Source: Steroidobacteraceae bacterium (lineage in GTDB: Bacteria > Pseudomonadota > Gammaproteobacteria > Steroidobacterales > Steroidobacteraceae). From it: a stretch of DNA of 64,000 nt. Position numbers and translations under genes: made by a program. The stretch spans positions 11,915-75,914 of the forward strand of contig DASXZI010000020.1 of NCBI GenBank assembly GCA_036501985.1, given 5' to 3'. The notes under the pieces are model-generated. The model had not been told where the DNA came from. It was given only the letters and a program-made list of their open reading frames with translations, and searched no databases. Of this stretch, positions 63,872 to 64,000 are shown one piece after another. Numbering within the stretch: the first letter of the stretch is position 1; each line of letters begins with the position of its first letter.

Positions 63872-64000
63872 GTCAACAGCTTGAATGCATGGGTCCACTG
63901 GTTGCGCAGAAAACCGGGGATACACCAGAGCATGGCGAGCGGCTCGATGGCCCGAGCCGCCTCGACCTGTCCCATGTCGGCGGTTTCCCAGCCGAACTGA
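63868..64000 (-). CDS. 3' end of an unidentified CDS running off the window
   Basis: The minus-strand frame is open from the edge and reads QFGWETADMGQVEAARAIEPLAMLWCIPGFLRNQWTHAFKLLT, with stop TAA at 63868-63870. Composition is protein-like. The family was not recognised. Confidence 0.4.
   Translation of the reverse strand, partial: QFGWETADMGQVEAARAIEPLAMLWCIPGFLRNQWTHAFKLLT

Noticed and set aside
63263-63925. The 220-aa minus-strand ORF overlapping the hydantoinase 3' half.
   Set aside because: It is a shadow ORF opposite a strongly supported gene. The real minus-strand partial CDS at the window end is in a different frame (63868..64000).
1-64000. Searched for mobile elements, prophage or defence modules. 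I looked for integrase, transposase, recombinase, toxin-antitoxin pairs, restriction-modification genes and flanking tRNA or direct repeats.
   Set aside because: I recognised none. The short perfect duplications found are tandem slippage products, not terminal inverted repeats or att sites, and there is no compositional island obvious by eye.

Overview
This is a high-GC, densely coding bacterial chromosomal segment. I recognised no rRNA, tRNA, CRISPR array, transposase, integrase or phage genes. I support about 44 intact CDS, 3 decayed genes and one partial CDS at each edge.

The dominant theme is uptake and breakdown of peptides and amino acids. The window holds many signal-peptide-bearing hydrolases: peptidase families S9, S10, S15 and M20, a penicillin-acylase family protein, and two COG1228-type amidohydrolases. 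It also holds OPT, APC, MFS and peptide-type ABC transporters.

Loci that deserve a second look:
1. A cyanophycin locus (cyanophycinase, full-length CphA with a repetitive 104-aa tail, and a 589-aa CphA paralog that keeps only the Mur-ligase-like M domain). An oddly oriented intrinsic terminator follows it.
2. A bacterial DNase II family (PLD-type HxK) nuclease with no signal peptide and a basic tail. Its stop codon overlaps the start of an AMP-forming acyl-CoA synthetase.
3. An approximately 11.7-kb, tightly coupled minus-strand gene run with a divergent D-hydantoinase. It encodes a DauA-like FAD D-amino-acid dehydrogenase, RidA, a Gsi/Dpp-type ABC importer, a D-carbamoylase, an SMP-30 lactonase-like protein and an SDR.
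4. Two adjacent envelope proteins, one of them a beta-barrel OMP, that share a two-Cys module of unknown function.
5. Two paralogous membrane Ser/Thr kinases with TPR-like ectodomains.
6. Three eroded genes and several perfect short tandem duplications.

All functional calls come from motifs read in the supplied translations. No database search was run.
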